This document shows, one piece after another, positions 10,450 to 20,027 of a stretch of DNA of 64,000 nt. A model generated the notes under the pieces. The model was not told the DNA's origin. It worked only from the letters and a program-made list of their open reading frames with translations, and did not search any database. Position 1 is the stretch's first letter. Each line of letters begins with the position of its first letter. The DNA lies in the NCBI GenBank assembly GCA_963802795.1, contig CAWDJV010000003.1, positions 128,938 through 192,937 on the forward strand, written 5' to 3'. The DNA is from an uncultured Actinomycetes bacterium. GTDB lineage: Bacteria; Actinomycetota; Thermoleophilia; Gaiellales; Gaiellaceae. A program made the translations under genes and the position numbers.

Positions 10450-11406
10450 TCACAGAAGCAGCATCGCATCGCCGAAGGAGTAGAAGCGATACCGCTCCTC
10501 GACCCCGATTCGGTAGAGCCGGCGCGTCTCCTCGACGCCCGCGAACGCCATCACGAGCGCGAGCAGCGTCGAGCGCGGCAGGTGAAAGTTGGTGACGAGC
10601 GCGTCGACGCGCCGGAACTCGAAGCCGGGCGTGACGAAGAGACCTGTTCGGCCGGCGAGAGGGGCGCCGCGCGCCAACGCCTCGAGGACGCGCACCGTTG
10701 TCGTCCCAACCGCGACGACTACGTCCGCAGCGCGGATCCGCGCCCAGGCGGCCGCCTCGACGTGGTAGCGCTCGGTGTGGATCTCGTGATCGGCGAGATC
10801 GTCGACCGAGAGGGGCCGGAACGTGTCGAGCCCGACGTGGAGCGTGACGCGCTCGACGTCGAGCCCGGCCAGGAGCTCGGGCGTGAAGTGGAGCCCTGCC
10901 GTCGGAGCAGCAGCCGATCCGGCCTCGTCCGCATAGACGGTCTGGTAGCGCTCCGGGTCGGCGAGCGGCTCGGTGATGTAGGGCGGAAGCGGTGCCTCGC
11001 CCGCCGGCTCGCCCTCGAGCGCCACCAGCCAGCGGCCGCCCTCGAGATGCTCGACGAGCTCGACCGGGCCCAGCCGCATCCCCGGGCGCAGGCGGCGGGT
11101 CGGACGGGCGAGCGCTTCCCAGAGGCCGTCCTCGACCGGCTCGAGCAGCAGGACCTCGGCCTCGCCCCCGGTCGGACGCCGTGCACGCACCCGCGCAGGG
11201 ACGACGCGTGTGTCGTTGACGACGACGAGCGCCTCCGCCGGCAGCTCGTTCGGCAGATCGCGGAAACGGCCGTGCGTGACGGAGCCGCTCGCGCGCTCGT
11301 AGACGAGGAGACGCGAGTCGTCGCGGCGGGCGAGAGGCCGCTGGGCGATCAGCTCGGGCGGCAGGTCGTAGTCGAGCTCGGCCGTTCTCATGCGGTCCGA
11401 CGCCAA
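10450..11406 (-). CDS. queA: S-adenosylmethionine:tRNA ribosyltransferase-isomerase
   Basis: 318-aa intact ORF. LDYDLPPELIAQRPL..RD.SRLLV, PLPPYI, TAGLHFT, VGTTTVRVLE, FHLPRSTLL. Confidence 0.9.
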   Translation of the reverse strand: MASDRMRTAELDYDLPPELIAQRPLARRDDSRLLVYERASGSVTHGRFRDLPNELPAEALVVVNDTRVVPARVRARRPTGGEAEVLLLEPVEDGLWEALARPTRRLRPGMRLGPVELVEHLEGGRWLVALEGEPAGEAPLPPYITEPLADPERYQTVYADEAGSAAAPTAGLHFTPELLAGLDVERVTLHVGLDTFRPLSVDDLADHEIHTERYHVEAAAWARIRAADVVVAVGTTTVRVLEALARGAPLAGRTGLFVTPGFEFRRVDALVTNFHLPRSTLLALVMAFAGVEETRRLYRIGVEERYRFYSFGDAMLLL

Positions 11407-11423
11407 GAGTAGAGTCCGCGCCC

Positions 11424-11885
11424 ATGAATCGGGAGGCGCTCGAGCGGGCTCAGGCGAGGCTGTCGGAGGCGCGAGAGGAGCGTCCGGCCCGGGCCGACCT
11501 CGAGGCCGCCCTCGAGCGCGCGGAGGTGGCGCTCGAATCGCTGGCCCAGACCGCGGTCGAGCTCGAGAGCGTCGTCCCCGAGCGACTGGGCGCGGCCGTC
11601 GAGGAGGGAATGCGCGCCGAAGTCCTCCCCGTCGCGCGCCACATCGCGGAGGTGCGCGGGCTCACCGGCCACGTCGTTCGCAGGCTCGAGCGGCTCCAGG
11701 CGGAGATCGCGGCGGAGCGGCGCGAGCGCGTCGACGACCTCGCTCTCGTCGTCGACCTGATCGGCTCCGGCTGGCGCGGCGTCGAGCGCCGGCTCGATCG
11801 CACCGAGCGGATCCTCGACCGCATCGAGCGCTCGCTCGAAGCGCGGCCGGGCGCGGCGCTCTACCGGTTCGAGAGCCGGGCGTAG
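11424..11885 (+). CDS. Hypothetical coiled-coil protein
   Basis: 153-aa ORF with Ala/Glu/Arg/Leu heptad-like composition. No recognisable domain. It is divergent from queA with a short spacer. Confidence 0.45.
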   Translation: MNREALERAQARLSEAREERPARADLEAALERAEVALESLAQTAVELESVVPERLGAAVEEGMRAEVLPVARHIAEVRGLTGHVVRRLERLQAEIAAERRERVDDLALVVDLIGSGWRGVERRLDRTERILDRIERSLEARPGAALYRFESRA

Positions 11886-11894
11886 GAACCCCAG

Positions 11895-13289
11895 CTAGCG
11901 GGCCCGCGCCGTGTGCGGCAGGCGCAGCTCGAACCTCGAGCCCGCGCCCACCACCGAGACGAGCTCGAGCTCCCCGCCCAGGGCCTGCGCGAGCTCGCGC
12001 GAGATTGCGAGGCCGAGGCCGGTCCCACCGCCTTTCTCCGAGACGAAGGCCCGAAAGACGCGCTCCCGGTCGGCGGGCGCGATGCCCGGCCCGGAGTCGG
12101 TGACCGCCACGGAGACAGACCCGTTCTCCTGCTCGAGGGCGAGCGAGATCCTGCCCCCGTCCGGCGTCCACGAGAACGCGTTCGTGAGCAGGTTGGACAC
12201 GACCTGGAGCACCCGGTCCCCGTCCGTGAGCAGGACCGGGTCGGCTTCCACGGCGAGCTCGTAGCGGATGTCGCGCCGCCGGGCTTCCTCGGCGAAGGAC
12301 CGGTAGCCCTGCTCGACGAGCCGCTTCAGCTCGACCTCCTGCTCGTCGAGCGGGAAGCGATGCGCCTCGAGCCGAGCCAGGTCGACGAGGTCGCCGACGA
12401 GCCGGGCCAGCCGGTCCGCCTCGGCGCGGATGACGGCGAGGGACGCGTCGCGGGCCTCCGCGTCGTCGGTGAGCCCTTCCCTGAGGGCGTCGACGTGACC
12501 GCGGATCGCCGTCAGCGGCGTCCGGAGCTCGTGGGAGACGCGTACGAGGAAGTTCCGCTCGTGCGCCTCGGCCTCCGCGAGGCTCTCCGTCATCTCGCGG
12601 AAGCGATCGGTCAGCTTGGCGATCTCGTCGCCCGAGCGAGACTTCGGAAGCTCGGCGCCGTACCGCCGTTGTGCAACCTCGTCGGCAGCCCGCGAGAGCG
12701 CGAGAACGGGCCTCGTCAGGCGCCGGCCCAGGTACCAGACGAGGCCGAGCGCGATCGCGAGCCCTGCCAGGACGGCGAGCCCGAGCCGCCGCGAGAGATC
12801 CATCCACCGCTCCTGGAGCTCGGCCCGCGGCTTGGCGACGACGATCGCGCCGAACGTCTCACCGCCGAGCCGGACCGGATGGGCGGCCGCGAGATAGACA
12901 CGGCCGGCCCCCGGCGGCTCGAACTCGAACGTCTTCGCGGCCTCACCGCCGAGACCCTCCTGATCGAGGATGGCCAGCGGCAGCCTGCGAAGGCCCGACG
13001 CCTGGCCGGGGAAGATCTCGACGCCCGAGTAGTAGATTCGCGAGCCGGTCGCGCGCTCGAGCACGGGCGGGGCGAATTGCGGCGCCAGGCGGCTCTCGTC
13101 GATGCTGGCCGTCGCCTGGAGGGCGTAGAGCTCGGCAAGGCCGCGCGCCTGCCGCTCGAGCTCCGCGAGCGTCCGCTCGCGTGTGTCCTCCTGGAAGAAG
13201 CGGACCGCGACCCCGACGGTGACGAGGCCGGCCACGAGCATGCACGCCAGGAAGAGGGCGGGAATCCGGAAGCGCAGGGAGCGGAGCAC
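11895..13289 (-). CDS. Sensor histidine kinase (TM-HAMP-HisKA-HATPase)
   Basis: 464-aa intact ORF. Two TM segments. H-box VSHELRTPLTAIRGH, N-box LLTNAFSWTP, G-boxes DSGPGI and GGTGLGLAI. Confidence 0.9.
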   Translation of the reverse strand: MLRSLRFRIPALFLACMLVAGLVTVGVAVRFFQEDTRERTLAELERQARGLAELYALQATASIDESRLAPQFAPPVLERATGSRIYYSGVEIFPGQASGLRRLPLAILDQEGLGGEAAKTFEFEPPGAGRVYLAAAHPVRLGGETFGAIVVAKPRAELQERWMDLSRRLGLAVLAGLAIALGLVWYLGRRLTRPVLALSRAADEVAQRRYGAELPKSRSGDEIAKLTDRFREMTESLAEAEAHERNFLVRVSHELRTPLTAIRGHVDALREGLTDDAEARDASLAVIRAEADRLARLVGDLVDLARLEAHRFPLDEQEVELKRLVEQGYRSFAEEARRRDIRYELAVEADPVLLTDGDRVLQVVSNLLTNAFSWTPDGGRISLALEQENGSVSVAVTDSGPGIAPADRERVFRAFVSEKGGGTGLGLAISRELAQALGGELELVSVVGAGSRFELRLPHTARAR

Positions 13290-13304
13290 GGGGCGCCGCC
13301 TCGC

Positions 13305-14030
13305 TCAGGAGGCGCGGGCTGCCTTCGGCTCCGTCGAGACCTTGTAGCCGACGCCCCAGACGGTCACGATCGGGCACGCGGCGCCCAGCTTCCTCCGCAG
13401 CTGCCTGACGTGGACGTCGACGGTGCGCGTGTCGCCCGCGAAGGTGTAGCCCCAGACGCGCTCGAGCAGCTGGTCGCGCGTGAGCACGAGGCCCCGGTGG
13501 TCGAGGAGGTCCCAGAGCAGGTCGAACTCCTTGGGCGCCAGCTGCACCTCCTCGTCGGCGACGGTCACCTCGCGCCGGCCCGCATCGATTCGAAGCTCGC
13601 CGTGCTCGAGAACCGAGCTCACGAACCCCCGTCGCCCGGGGCTGGAACGGCGGAGGATCGACTTCACGCGGGCGACGAGCTCGCCGGGGTTGAAGGGCTT
13701 CGTCAGGTAGTCGTCCGCGCCCACCTCGAGACCGATGATCTTGTCGATGTCCTCGTCTCGCGCGCTGAGCATGAGAATCGGGACGTCGGAGCGCTGGCGG
13801 ATGCGGCGACAGACGTCGATCCCGTCGAGATCGGGCAGCATCAGGTCGAGGACGATCAGCGAGGGCGCGTTCGCGCTCGCCTTCTCGATTGCGTCGCCGC
13901 CCGAGCCGGCGCTGCGCACGTCGAAGCCGGCGCGCTTGAGGTACATCCCCACGAACGACGCGATGCTCGGCTCGTCCTCGACGACGAGAATCGCCTGTTT
14001 GGGCGCGCTCACAGCCCCGTATGGTGGCAC
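13305..14030 (-). CDS. OmpR-family response regulator, cognate to the 11895-13289 kinase
   Basis: 241-aa ORF. ILVVEDEP, LIVLDLMLPDLDG, DDYLTKPF, winged helix LAPKEFDLLWDL...VWGVGYKV. Sits 15 nt upstream of the kinase. Confidence 0.9.
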   Translation of the reverse strand: MPPYGAVSAPKQAILVVEDEPSIASFVGMYLKRAGFDVRSAGSGGDAIEKASANAPSLIVLDLMLPDLDGIDVCRRIRQRSDVPILMLSARDEDIDKIIGLEVGADDYLTKPFNPGELVARVKSILRRSSPGRRGFVSSVLEHGELRIDAGRREVTVADEEVQLAPKEFDLLWDLLDHRGLVLTRDQLLERVWGYTFAGDTRTVDVHVRQLRRKLGAACPIVTVWGVGYKVSTEPKAARAS

Positions 14031-14054
14031 AACGAGAGGCCGGTGGGCAGGGCG

Positions 14055-14546
14055 CTAGCGGCGGAGGACAAACGTCGTCGCTTCCCGCGGCCAGCGCCTG
14101 AGCGGGCCGTCTCCGATTCGGTACCGGCCGCGGCGCCCTTCGTCGAGAGCGTCGAGGGTCAGCGAGCCTCGTACGACGCCGCTCGCGAAGATCCCGCGTC
14201 CCCGGATGATCACCTGCCACGGGCCGCCTCCGTCCGCGCTCGAGACTCGACAACGAATGTTCCACCCCCGGTACTCGACGGTCGTGTCGCTGACCTCGAC
14301 ACCGGGCTTGTTGCAGTCCCGCTGGGGGCGCCCGTCGCCCACGAGGTCGACGACACGGATGCGGGCGTAGCGGGCGTTGACGAGCAGGGCGCCTCGCCTC
14401 GCGACGACTGCACGGCCGCGGCCGCGCTCGAGCTGGAAGAACTGAGCGTGCGGCGTCTGCACGAGGGCTGCCGCCTGCGCGGATGCAGCCTCGGCCGCCC
14501 CTGCCGCGAGGGTCGCGACGACGATCAAGGCCACGCCGAGGCGCAT
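14055..14546 (-). CDS. Secreted hypothetical protein
   Basis: 163-aa ORF with signal peptide MRLGVALIVVATLAAGAAEAASAQA. Lies directly downstream of the two-component pair. Confidence 0.55.
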   Translation of the reverse strand: MRLGVALIVVATLAAGAAEAASAQAAALVQTPHAQFFQLERGRGRAVVARRGALLVNARYARIRVVDLVGDGRPQRDCNKPGVEVSDTTVEYRGWNIRCRVSSADGGGPWQVIIRGRGIFASGVVRGSLTLDALDEGRRGRYRIGDGPLRRWPREATTFVLRR

Positions 14547-14637
14547 TCGAACCCGAACTATCGTCCCGCGCCGTGAGACTTGGATTACGGGTCTGTAAGG
14601 AATGTGTTAGCGACCGTCCGGGTTTGCGCCACTACCC

Positions 14638-14937
14638 ATGTCATCTGGTCCCGCCTCTAGCATCGAATTCGGGAACGCGATGGACCAGCGAGTCCGCCAT
14701 GACCGAACCGTGCGTCTTCTCGAAGCGCGGTTGGAGGCTCTCGCGGAGGCCTCCGAGCGGGCACCCCGCGGTGAGCGGCGACTCGAGCGAGAGATAGCGG
14801 CGGCGGTCGCCGCGACGCGCCACGCTGTGGCGCTGGAGATCATCTCCGCCCGCGAGGCGGGGTTGATCTGGGGGTCCGTCGCACGGCGCCATCCGAGAGC
14901 GGCCTGGTGTCGCAGCGGCCCCCGTCTCGCGGCCTAG
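14638..14937 (+). CDS. Hypothetical protein
   Basis: 99-aa ORF with a helical-looking central part (LLEARLEALAEASERAP...AVALEIISAREAGLIWG). No domain recognised. Confidence 0.3.
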   Translation: MSSGPASSIEFGNAMDQRVRHDRTVRLLEARLEALAEASERAPRGERRLEREIAAAVAATRHAVALEIISAREAGLIWGSVARRHPRAAWCRSGPRLAA

Positions 14938-15137
14938 GCGACCAGGCGAACCGTGCCGCGGAGCCCAACTGCGTTCTCCCGCTCCTGACGCCCCGTCCGA
15001 CTCCAGCCGTCTCGGTCAGCCGCGGGCTCGCACAGGTGGCAGACCGCGCGCTGCGCTTGACGCCCCTCTGCGCCCCGCCAGTAGCGGTAGCGCTCGCCTG
15101 CGAGGAGGTTCCGGCGGCAGAGCGCACAGAGCGTCAC
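14934..15137 (-). CDS. Small two-CxxC (zinc-ribbon-like) hypothetical protein
   Basis: Only the C-terminal 67 codons of ORF 14934-15323 look protein-like (VTLCALCRRNLLAGERYRYW...AVCHLCEPAADRDGW). GTG at 15137 is a possible start. Confidence 0.3.
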   Translation of the reverse strand: MTLCALCRRNLLAGERYRYWRGAEGRQAQRAVCHLCEPAADRDGWSRTGRQERENAVGLRGTVRLVA

Positions 15138-15211
15138 TGCCTCGCGATCGTAGGCCGGTGCCCGGACGGACCTCTCGCGAGAACGGCGTCTGCGGCATAC
15201 TCCGGGGGGTA

Positions 15212-15676
15212 ATGCCCAGTCGCCAGGGGTTTCGCCACCCGGACCCGGTCGGCCACATGCACGGCCACGGAGACGAGAGCGTCGAGGAAGTGTGCCGGCA
15301 GGCTGTCGAGCGGCTCTCCGCAAGGCTGCCCGGAGTTCAGGTTTCCTGTCATGTGCGCTCGGACGAGGCCATGCGGGTCGTCTCGTCGGCGGGCGGTCTG
15401 CGCCTGATCTACGAGATCGGCCGCGAGCAGGGCGGCATCTGCTGGCGCGCCGTCGAGACCGGACAGCCGCAGCTCGTGGAAGACGTCCGCGCCGACCCCG
15501 ACTACATGGCGACCGACGAGCGGGTGCGTGCCGAGATCGTCGTGCCGATCCACCACGAGTCCGGGGCGCTGTTCCTCCTCGACGCCGAGTTTCCCGACCG
15601 CGCCTTCACGCCGGAAGAAGCCGAGGCGGTCACCGACGCCGCGGCCGCGCTCGAGCGCGACCTCGCGGACTACTAG
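15212..15676 (+). CDS. GAF-domain protein
   Basis: GAF-like core (VVSSAGGLRLIYEIGREQGGICWRAVETGQPQLVEDVRADPDYMATDERVRAEIVVPIHHESGALFLLDAE). ATG 15212 is preceded by a G-run. The ORF is open from 15158. Confidence 0.7.
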   Translation: MPSRQGFRHPDPVGHMHGHGDESVEEVCRQAVERLSARLPGVQVSCHVRSDEAMRVVSSAGGLRLIYEIGREQGGICWRAVETGQPQLVEDVRADPDYMATDERVRAEIVVPIHHESGALFLLDAEFPDRAFTPEEAEAVTDAAAALERDLADY

Positions 15677-16530
15677 TACGAGAAGAAGCCGCGGCCGGTC
15701 TTGCGTCCGAGGCGTCCGTCGTCCCGCATGCTCACGAGCAATTCGGGCGGCGCCATGCGGGGCTCGCCGAGGGCCCCGTGCAAGGCTTCGGAGGCGTGGA
15801 CGTGCACGTCCACCCCGATCAGGTCGATGAGCGCACAGGGCCCGATCGGCCAGTTCAAGCCTTTCGTCATCGCCTTGTCCAGGTCGTCGGCAGTGACGCC
15901 GGCCTCGTCGAGGACGCGCACGCAGTCGTTCAGCAGCGGGATGAGGATGCGGTTGACGACGAAGCCGGGCGTGTCGCCGCAGCGGATCGGCTCCTTCCCG
16001 ATCTGCTCCGCGAGCGCGTACGCGGTCTCCACGGCGTCGTCGGAGGAGAGCTCGGTGCGGACGATCTCGACGAGCGGCAGCACGGGCGCCGGGTTGAAGA
16101 AGTGCATGCCGACGACGCGCTCCGGCCGCTCGGTGCTCCTCGCGATCTCCGTCACGGGGAGCGCAGAGGTGTTCGTCGCGAGCACGGCCGCGGGCTCGAC
16201 GACCTCCTCGAGCGTCCGGAAGAGATCGCGCTTCGCCTCGAGGTCCTCGACGATCGCCTCCACGACGAGGTCACAGCCGGCGAGATCGGCCGGCTCGGTC
16301 GTCGTCGTCAGTCGCTCGAGCGCCGCATCCCGCTCCTCGGCCGTCAGCCGACCCTTCGCGACGCCTCTGCCGAGGTAGTAGCCGATGCGCTCGCGCGCCT
16401 GCGCGCAGAGCTCCTCGCTCACCTCGCGCCCGATCGTCTCGAGCCCGGCCTGGATACAGACCTGTGCGATCCCAGCGCCCATGGTGCCGAGGCCGACGAC
16501 GCCGACCTTCCTCACGTCGGATCGGGTCAT
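15673..16530 (-). CDS. 3-hydroxybutyryl/3-hydroxyacyl-CoA dehydrogenase
   Basis: Last 285 codons of ORF 15673-17877. Starts MTRSDVRKVGVVGLGTMGAGIAQV (Rossmann GxGxxG). MHFFNPAPVLPLVEI, PGFVVNRIL. Confidence 0.9.
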   Translation of the reverse strand: MTRSDVRKVGVVGLGTMGAGIAQVCIQAGLETIGREVSEELCAQARERIGYYLGRGVAKGRLTAEERDAALERLTTTTEPADLAGCDLVVEAIVEDLEAKRDLFRTLEEVVEPAAVLATNTSALPVTEIARSTERPERVVGMHFFNPAPVLPLVEIVRTELSSDDAVETAYALAEQIGKEPIRCGDTPGFVVNRILIPLLNDCVRVLDEAGVTADDLDKAMTKGLNWPIGPCALIDLIGVDVHVHASEALHGALGEPRMAPPELLVSMRDDGRLGRKTGRGFFSY

Positions 16531-16931
16531 GACGTGACGGTGATTGTCACCCGGAACGGGAGCGGCTCGTCGGGACAGCCTTCGCCTGCGCAGGCGGGCT
16601 CGCCGAGGGCGGAGATGCTGACCGTCCCCGCCTCCACGCCGCGGACCATCCACTCCGAGTAGCCGGGATCCTGGAGGTAGTCGACCGGCACGAGCTCGAC
16701 CGCGCCGCCGTCGGCTGCCGGCTCGCTCCAGGCGTAGTCGCTCGAGAGGCGCAGGATCGTTTCGCCTCCGAGCGGGACCTCGAACGTCCCGCCCGAGTCT
16801 GCCTCGGTCACGACTCCCTGCGGCGGCTGGCGGGGCGGCGACGTGCTCTCTCCCGCCGGCCCCTCGGCGGAGTCGCCGGCGCAGCCGGCGGCGGGGAGGA
16901 GGGCGAGCAGCAAGAGAAGGAGGCGGCTCAC
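16527..16931 (-). CDS. Putative lipoprotein (possibly chagasin/I42-like inhibitor fold)
   Basis: Lipobox LLPAAGC after a hydrophobic stretch. GTG 16931 gives a short canonical signal peptide. The ORF is open to 16997 (alternative ATGs at 16988 and 16997). ATGA-type overlap with the downstream dehydrogenase start. Confidence 0.5.
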   Translation of the reverse strand: MSRLLLLLLALLPAAGCAGDSAEGPAGESTSPPRQPPQGVVTEADSGGTFEVPLGGETILRLSSDYAWSEPAADGGAVELVPVDYLQDPGYSEWMVRGVEAGTVSISALGEPACAGEGCPDEPLPFRVTITVTS

Positions 16932-16986
16932 TCCGCCACAGAATGCCCGACGGGCAGCGCGCGCGGCAGCGTGCTTGAATTCCGTC

Positions 16987-18417
16987 ATGGCGGTCACGGC
17001 CCGCGAGCGGAAGCTTCTTCTCGGCGGCGAGTGGATCGAGACCGGCGAGTGGCACGAGGTGCGCTCGCCCTACTCGGGCGACGTGGTCGGGCGGGTGGCC
17101 CGCGCAGGCGCGGAGGAAACCCGCAGGGCAGTCGACGCTGCGGCGGCCGCGATGGCCGAGCAGCTTCCGGCGCACGCCCGTGCCGAGATCCTCGAGCGGA
17201 CGGCCGACCTGGTGGCGGAGCGCCGGGAGGACATAGCGAACACGATCTCGGACGAGGCAGGCAAGCCTCTGAAGGCCGCGCTGGTCGAGGCCGAGCGGGC
17301 TGTGTCCACGTACCGCTCGGCGGCAACCGAGGCGCGCAAGCTCGCCGGCGAGATGGTCCCGATGGACGCGTCTCCGGCCGGCGCCGGGAAGCTTGCGTTC
17401 ACCTTGCGGGTCCCCGTCGGCGTCGTCGGGGCGATCTCGCCGTTCAACTTTCCGTTCAACCTCGTCGCGCACAAGGTGGCGCCGGCCTTCGCCGCCGGCT
17501 GCGCCGTCGTGCTGAAGCCGGCGGCGCAGACGCCGCTGTCGGCCCTCCTGCTCGCGGAGCTGGAGACGGAGGCAGGACTTCCGCCCGGTTGGCTCAACGT
17601 CCTGGTAGGGCCGGCCGCCGAGATCGGAGACGTGCTCGTGGAAGACGAGCGCGTCAGGCTCATCAGCTTCACGGGCTCGGCCGAAGTCGGCTGGGGGCTG
17701 CGCGAGCGCGCCGCGCGCAAGAAGGTCCTCCTGGAGCTGGGCAACGCGACGCCTCTGATCGTGGAGGGCGACGCGGACGTCGGGGAGGCGGCGGCGAAGG
17801 TGGCCGCCAACGCCTTCTCGTTCGCAGGCCAGAGCTGCATCTCGATCCAGCGCGTCTATGTCGAGCGCGGCGTCCACGATGCCTTTCTCGCTGACCTCCT
17901 CCCCCGCGTCGAGGCACTGCGTGTCGGCGACCCGGGCGACGGCGAGACCGATGTCGGCCCGGTCATCGACGAGGACGCCCGCGAGCGGATCCTCGCCTGG
18001 ATCGAGGAGGCGCGGGCAGAGGGCGCCAGCGTGCTCGCGGGAGGCGAGACGACCGACGAGGGCCTCATCCGCCCCACCGTCCTCGGAAGCGTGACCCCGG
18101 AGATGAAGGTCTCCTGCCTCGAGGTCTTCGGCCCGCTCTGCACGGTCACGCCGTACGACTCGCTCGACGAGGCCATCGCGCTCGCGAACGGGACGGAGTT
18201 CGGGCTCCAGGCAGGAATCTTCACGAGCGATGTCACGTCGGCCGTGAAGGCCGGGTCGTCGCTCGAGTTCGGGAGCGTGCTCATCAACGAGGCGCCGACG
18301 TTCCGCGCCGACCAGATGCCGTACGGCGGCGTCAAGGCATCGGGGAACACGAAGGAGGGCCCGCCCTACTCGGTCCGCGAGATGACCGAGGAGCGGCTGG
18401 TCGTCATCTCCGTCTGA
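16987..18417 (+). CDS. NAD(P)-dependent aldehyde dehydrogenase
   Basis: 476 aa from ATG 16987 (MAVTARERKLLLGGEWIE). ELGNATPLIV and catalytic-Cys context FSFAGQSCISIQRVYV. C-terminal PYGGVKASGNTKEG. Confidence 0.9.
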   Translation: MAVTARERKLLLGGEWIETGEWHEVRSPYSGDVVGRVARAGAEETRRAVDAAAAAMAEQLPAHARAEILERTADLVAERREDIANTISDEAGKPLKAALVEAERAVSTYRSAATEARKLAGEMVPMDASPAGAGKLAFTLRVPVGVVGAISPFNFPFNLVAHKVAPAFAAGCAVVLKPAAQTPLSALLLAELETEAGLPPGWLNVLVGPAAEIGDVLVEDERVRLISFTGSAEVGWGLRERAARKKVLLELGNATPLIVEGDADVGEAAAKVAANAFSFAGQSCISIQRVYVERGVHDAFLADLLPRVEALRVGDPGDGETDVGPVIDEDARERILAWIEEARAEGASVLAGGETTDEGLIRPTVLGSVTPEMKVSCLEVFGPLCTVTPYDSLDEAIALANGTEFGLQAGIFTSDVTSAVKAGSSLEFGSVLINEAPTFRADQMPYGGVKASGNTKEGPPYSVREMTEERLVVISV

Positions 18418-18467
18418 CAGCCGGCGAAGGGCCTGAGGACGTCGGCTAGACTCGTCACTCGGCCGAG

Positions 18468-19040
18468 ATGCCCGACGACCGCCTGACCATTTTCACGCGC
18501 CGGAAAGAACCCGCTCCGACCGGGGAGGTCGTCGAGGTGGTCGAAGAGGTCGTGGAGGTCCCGCCACCGCCTTCTCCCGAGCAGGACGCGCTGGATGAAC
18601 GGCTGGCGCTGACCCGGCAGCGTGAGGTCGAGCTCCGTGACATCGGCGGGCTTGCGGTCGAGATGGTGCGCCGCGACCGCTGGAAGCCCGAGCTTCTGAT
18701 CGCGCGGTCCGGGGAAGTGCTGTCTCTCGAGCAGCGGATGCACGAGCTCGACTCGGTCATCGCGGTCGAGTCGACGTCCCGGAGCTTCCCGAACGTGGCG
18801 CAGTGCAAGTGCGGCTCGCCTCTCCCGCCGGGCGTGCACTTCTGTTCCCAGTGCGGCCGCCCGGCCGCGACGACACCGGCGGTCGTCACTTGCGTCCGGT
18901 GCGGGCGCCCCTTGCCGGCCGAGGCGAACTTCTGCTCGGCGTGCGGTACGTCCGCGACTCCTCGCGAGCCGGAGCCCACACCGGAGACGCTCGCCGAGAC
19001 GATGGAAGCCCGCCCCACGAAGACGAGCCCGAAGCCCGAC
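18468..19040 (+). CDS. Double zinc-ribbon protein (N-terminal part; may be fused to the next ORF by a frame break)
   Basis: CKCGSPLPPGVHFCSQCG and CVRCGRPLPAEANFCSACG motifs. After ~19035 the frame continues to 19319 as Arg-rich, off-frame-looking sequence. Confidence 0.55.
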
Positions 19041-19041
19041 T

Positions 19042-19845
19042 GTGACGACGCCCCCGCCCGAGCCGCCCGCCGACGACGAACACCTAGAGGAGCAGTCTCC
19101 GTGGGCGGCCGTCCCTCACTGTCCTCGCTGCGGCGCTCCGCACGATCCGCTGCAGGAGTACTGCCTCGAGTGCGGGAATCGGCTCGTCCCGCTGCCCGCC
19201 GAGCCCGCGCGCACCGTCCTCTGGTCGCGCGAGTCGCCGGTTTGGCTCTGGCTCGCACTCGGGTCCCTCCTGCTCCTCGCGCTGGCCGCCGGCGCGATCG
19301 TCGCTCTCGCGGCGACTGACGACGAGGATCCCGAGACCCCCGCCCTGTCGACATCCACCGGGCCGGCGACGTCGGGCCCCGTCGTTCCGACGACGACGGG
19401 CTCGATCCCGACGATCGAGACGCTGACGACCCCGACGACCACCGGGGCGACGACCACTGGGACGACGACCGTTCAGCCGACGACGACGTTTCCGACGACG
19501 TCAACCGGGACGACGGGCACGGGCACGACGACAACCCAGCCGACGACGACCGGGAGCGGGACGGTCATCTCCTGGCCCGCGAGCGAGGAGGGCTTCACGG
19601 TCGTGCTCCAGTCCACCCCCACGAGCGAGGGCCGCGGCCCGGCCGAGGCTGCGGCGCAGCAGGCCATCAACAACGGGCTCCCTCAAGTGGGGATCCTCAA
19701 TTCCTCGTCCTACTCGAGCATGAGGCCCGGCTACTACGTCACGTTCACCGGCGTGTACGACACCCAGAGCCAGGCGGAGAGCGCTCTTCCCCGCGCCCGT
19801 ACCTCCGGGTTCCCGACGGCCTACGTCCGCGAGGTCGCGAACTAG
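19042..19845 (+). CDS. Zinc-ribbon / TM / Thr-rich linker / SPOR-domain cell-envelope protein
   Basis: CPRCGAPHDPLQEYCLECG, TM helix WLWLALGSLLLLALAAGAIVALAA, Thr/Pro-rich linker, and a C-terminal SPOR-like domain (GFTVVLQSTP...GYYVTFTGVYDTQSQAESAL). Confidence 0.75.
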   Translation: MTTPPPEPPADDEHLEEQSPWAAVPHCPRCGAPHDPLQEYCLECGNRLVPLPAEPARTVLWSRESPVWLWLALGSLLLLALAAGAIVALAATDDEDPETPALSTSTGPATSGPVVPTTTGSIPTIETLTTPTTTGATTTGTTTVQPTTTFPTTSTGTTGTGTTTTQPTTTGSGTVISWPASEEGFTVVLQSTPTSEGRGPAEAAAQQAINNGLPQVGILNSSSYSSMRPGYYVTFTGVYDTQSQAESALPRARTSGFPTAYVREVAN

Positions 19846-20027
19846 GCGCCCTCTCCCGGGCAGCCCGGGGAAAACTTTGTAACACCCTGGAAGGTCGTGC
19901 TAGACTCCTGCGACCGTGCGCTGGGGGGGCGCGCGCTTAACTCGACGTTAACTTGATTTGCAGGTACTTTCGAGGCGACGCGGGCTACTGTGTGACCAGG
20001 CAAGTACACGACAGGATTCTCACTCGT

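Noticed and set aside
11913-14576. 887-aa + strand ORF
   Set aside because: Antisense to the well-supported histidine kinase, response regulator and secreted protein genes. Low-complexity composition.
16986-16989. CATG apparently serving as the start codon for both the aldehyde dehydrogenase (+) and the lipoprotein gene (-)
   Set aside because: The lipoprotein has a better downstream GTG (16931) that gives a canonical short signal peptide and leaves a 55-nt intergenic spacer. The overlap is probably an ORF-extension artefact.
16531-17877. Upstream 449 codons of ORF 15673-17877
   Set aside because: Antisense to the aldehyde dehydrogenase and out of frame with the lipoprotein gene. The dehydrogenase Rossmann N-terminus begins at ATG 16530.
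19320-19560. Short periodic acg/acc-rich repeats (also the ccg/gag-rich stretch at 33440-33640), considered as possible CRISPR or satellite arrays
   Set aside because: They lie in frame inside coding sequences and encode Thr-rich and Pro/Glu-rich linkers. There is no repeat-spacer organisation.
19855-19880. Terminator after the SPOR gene
   Set aside because: Only a 6-bp cccggg/cccggg stem with a 3-nt loop and no U-tract, which is too weak to call.
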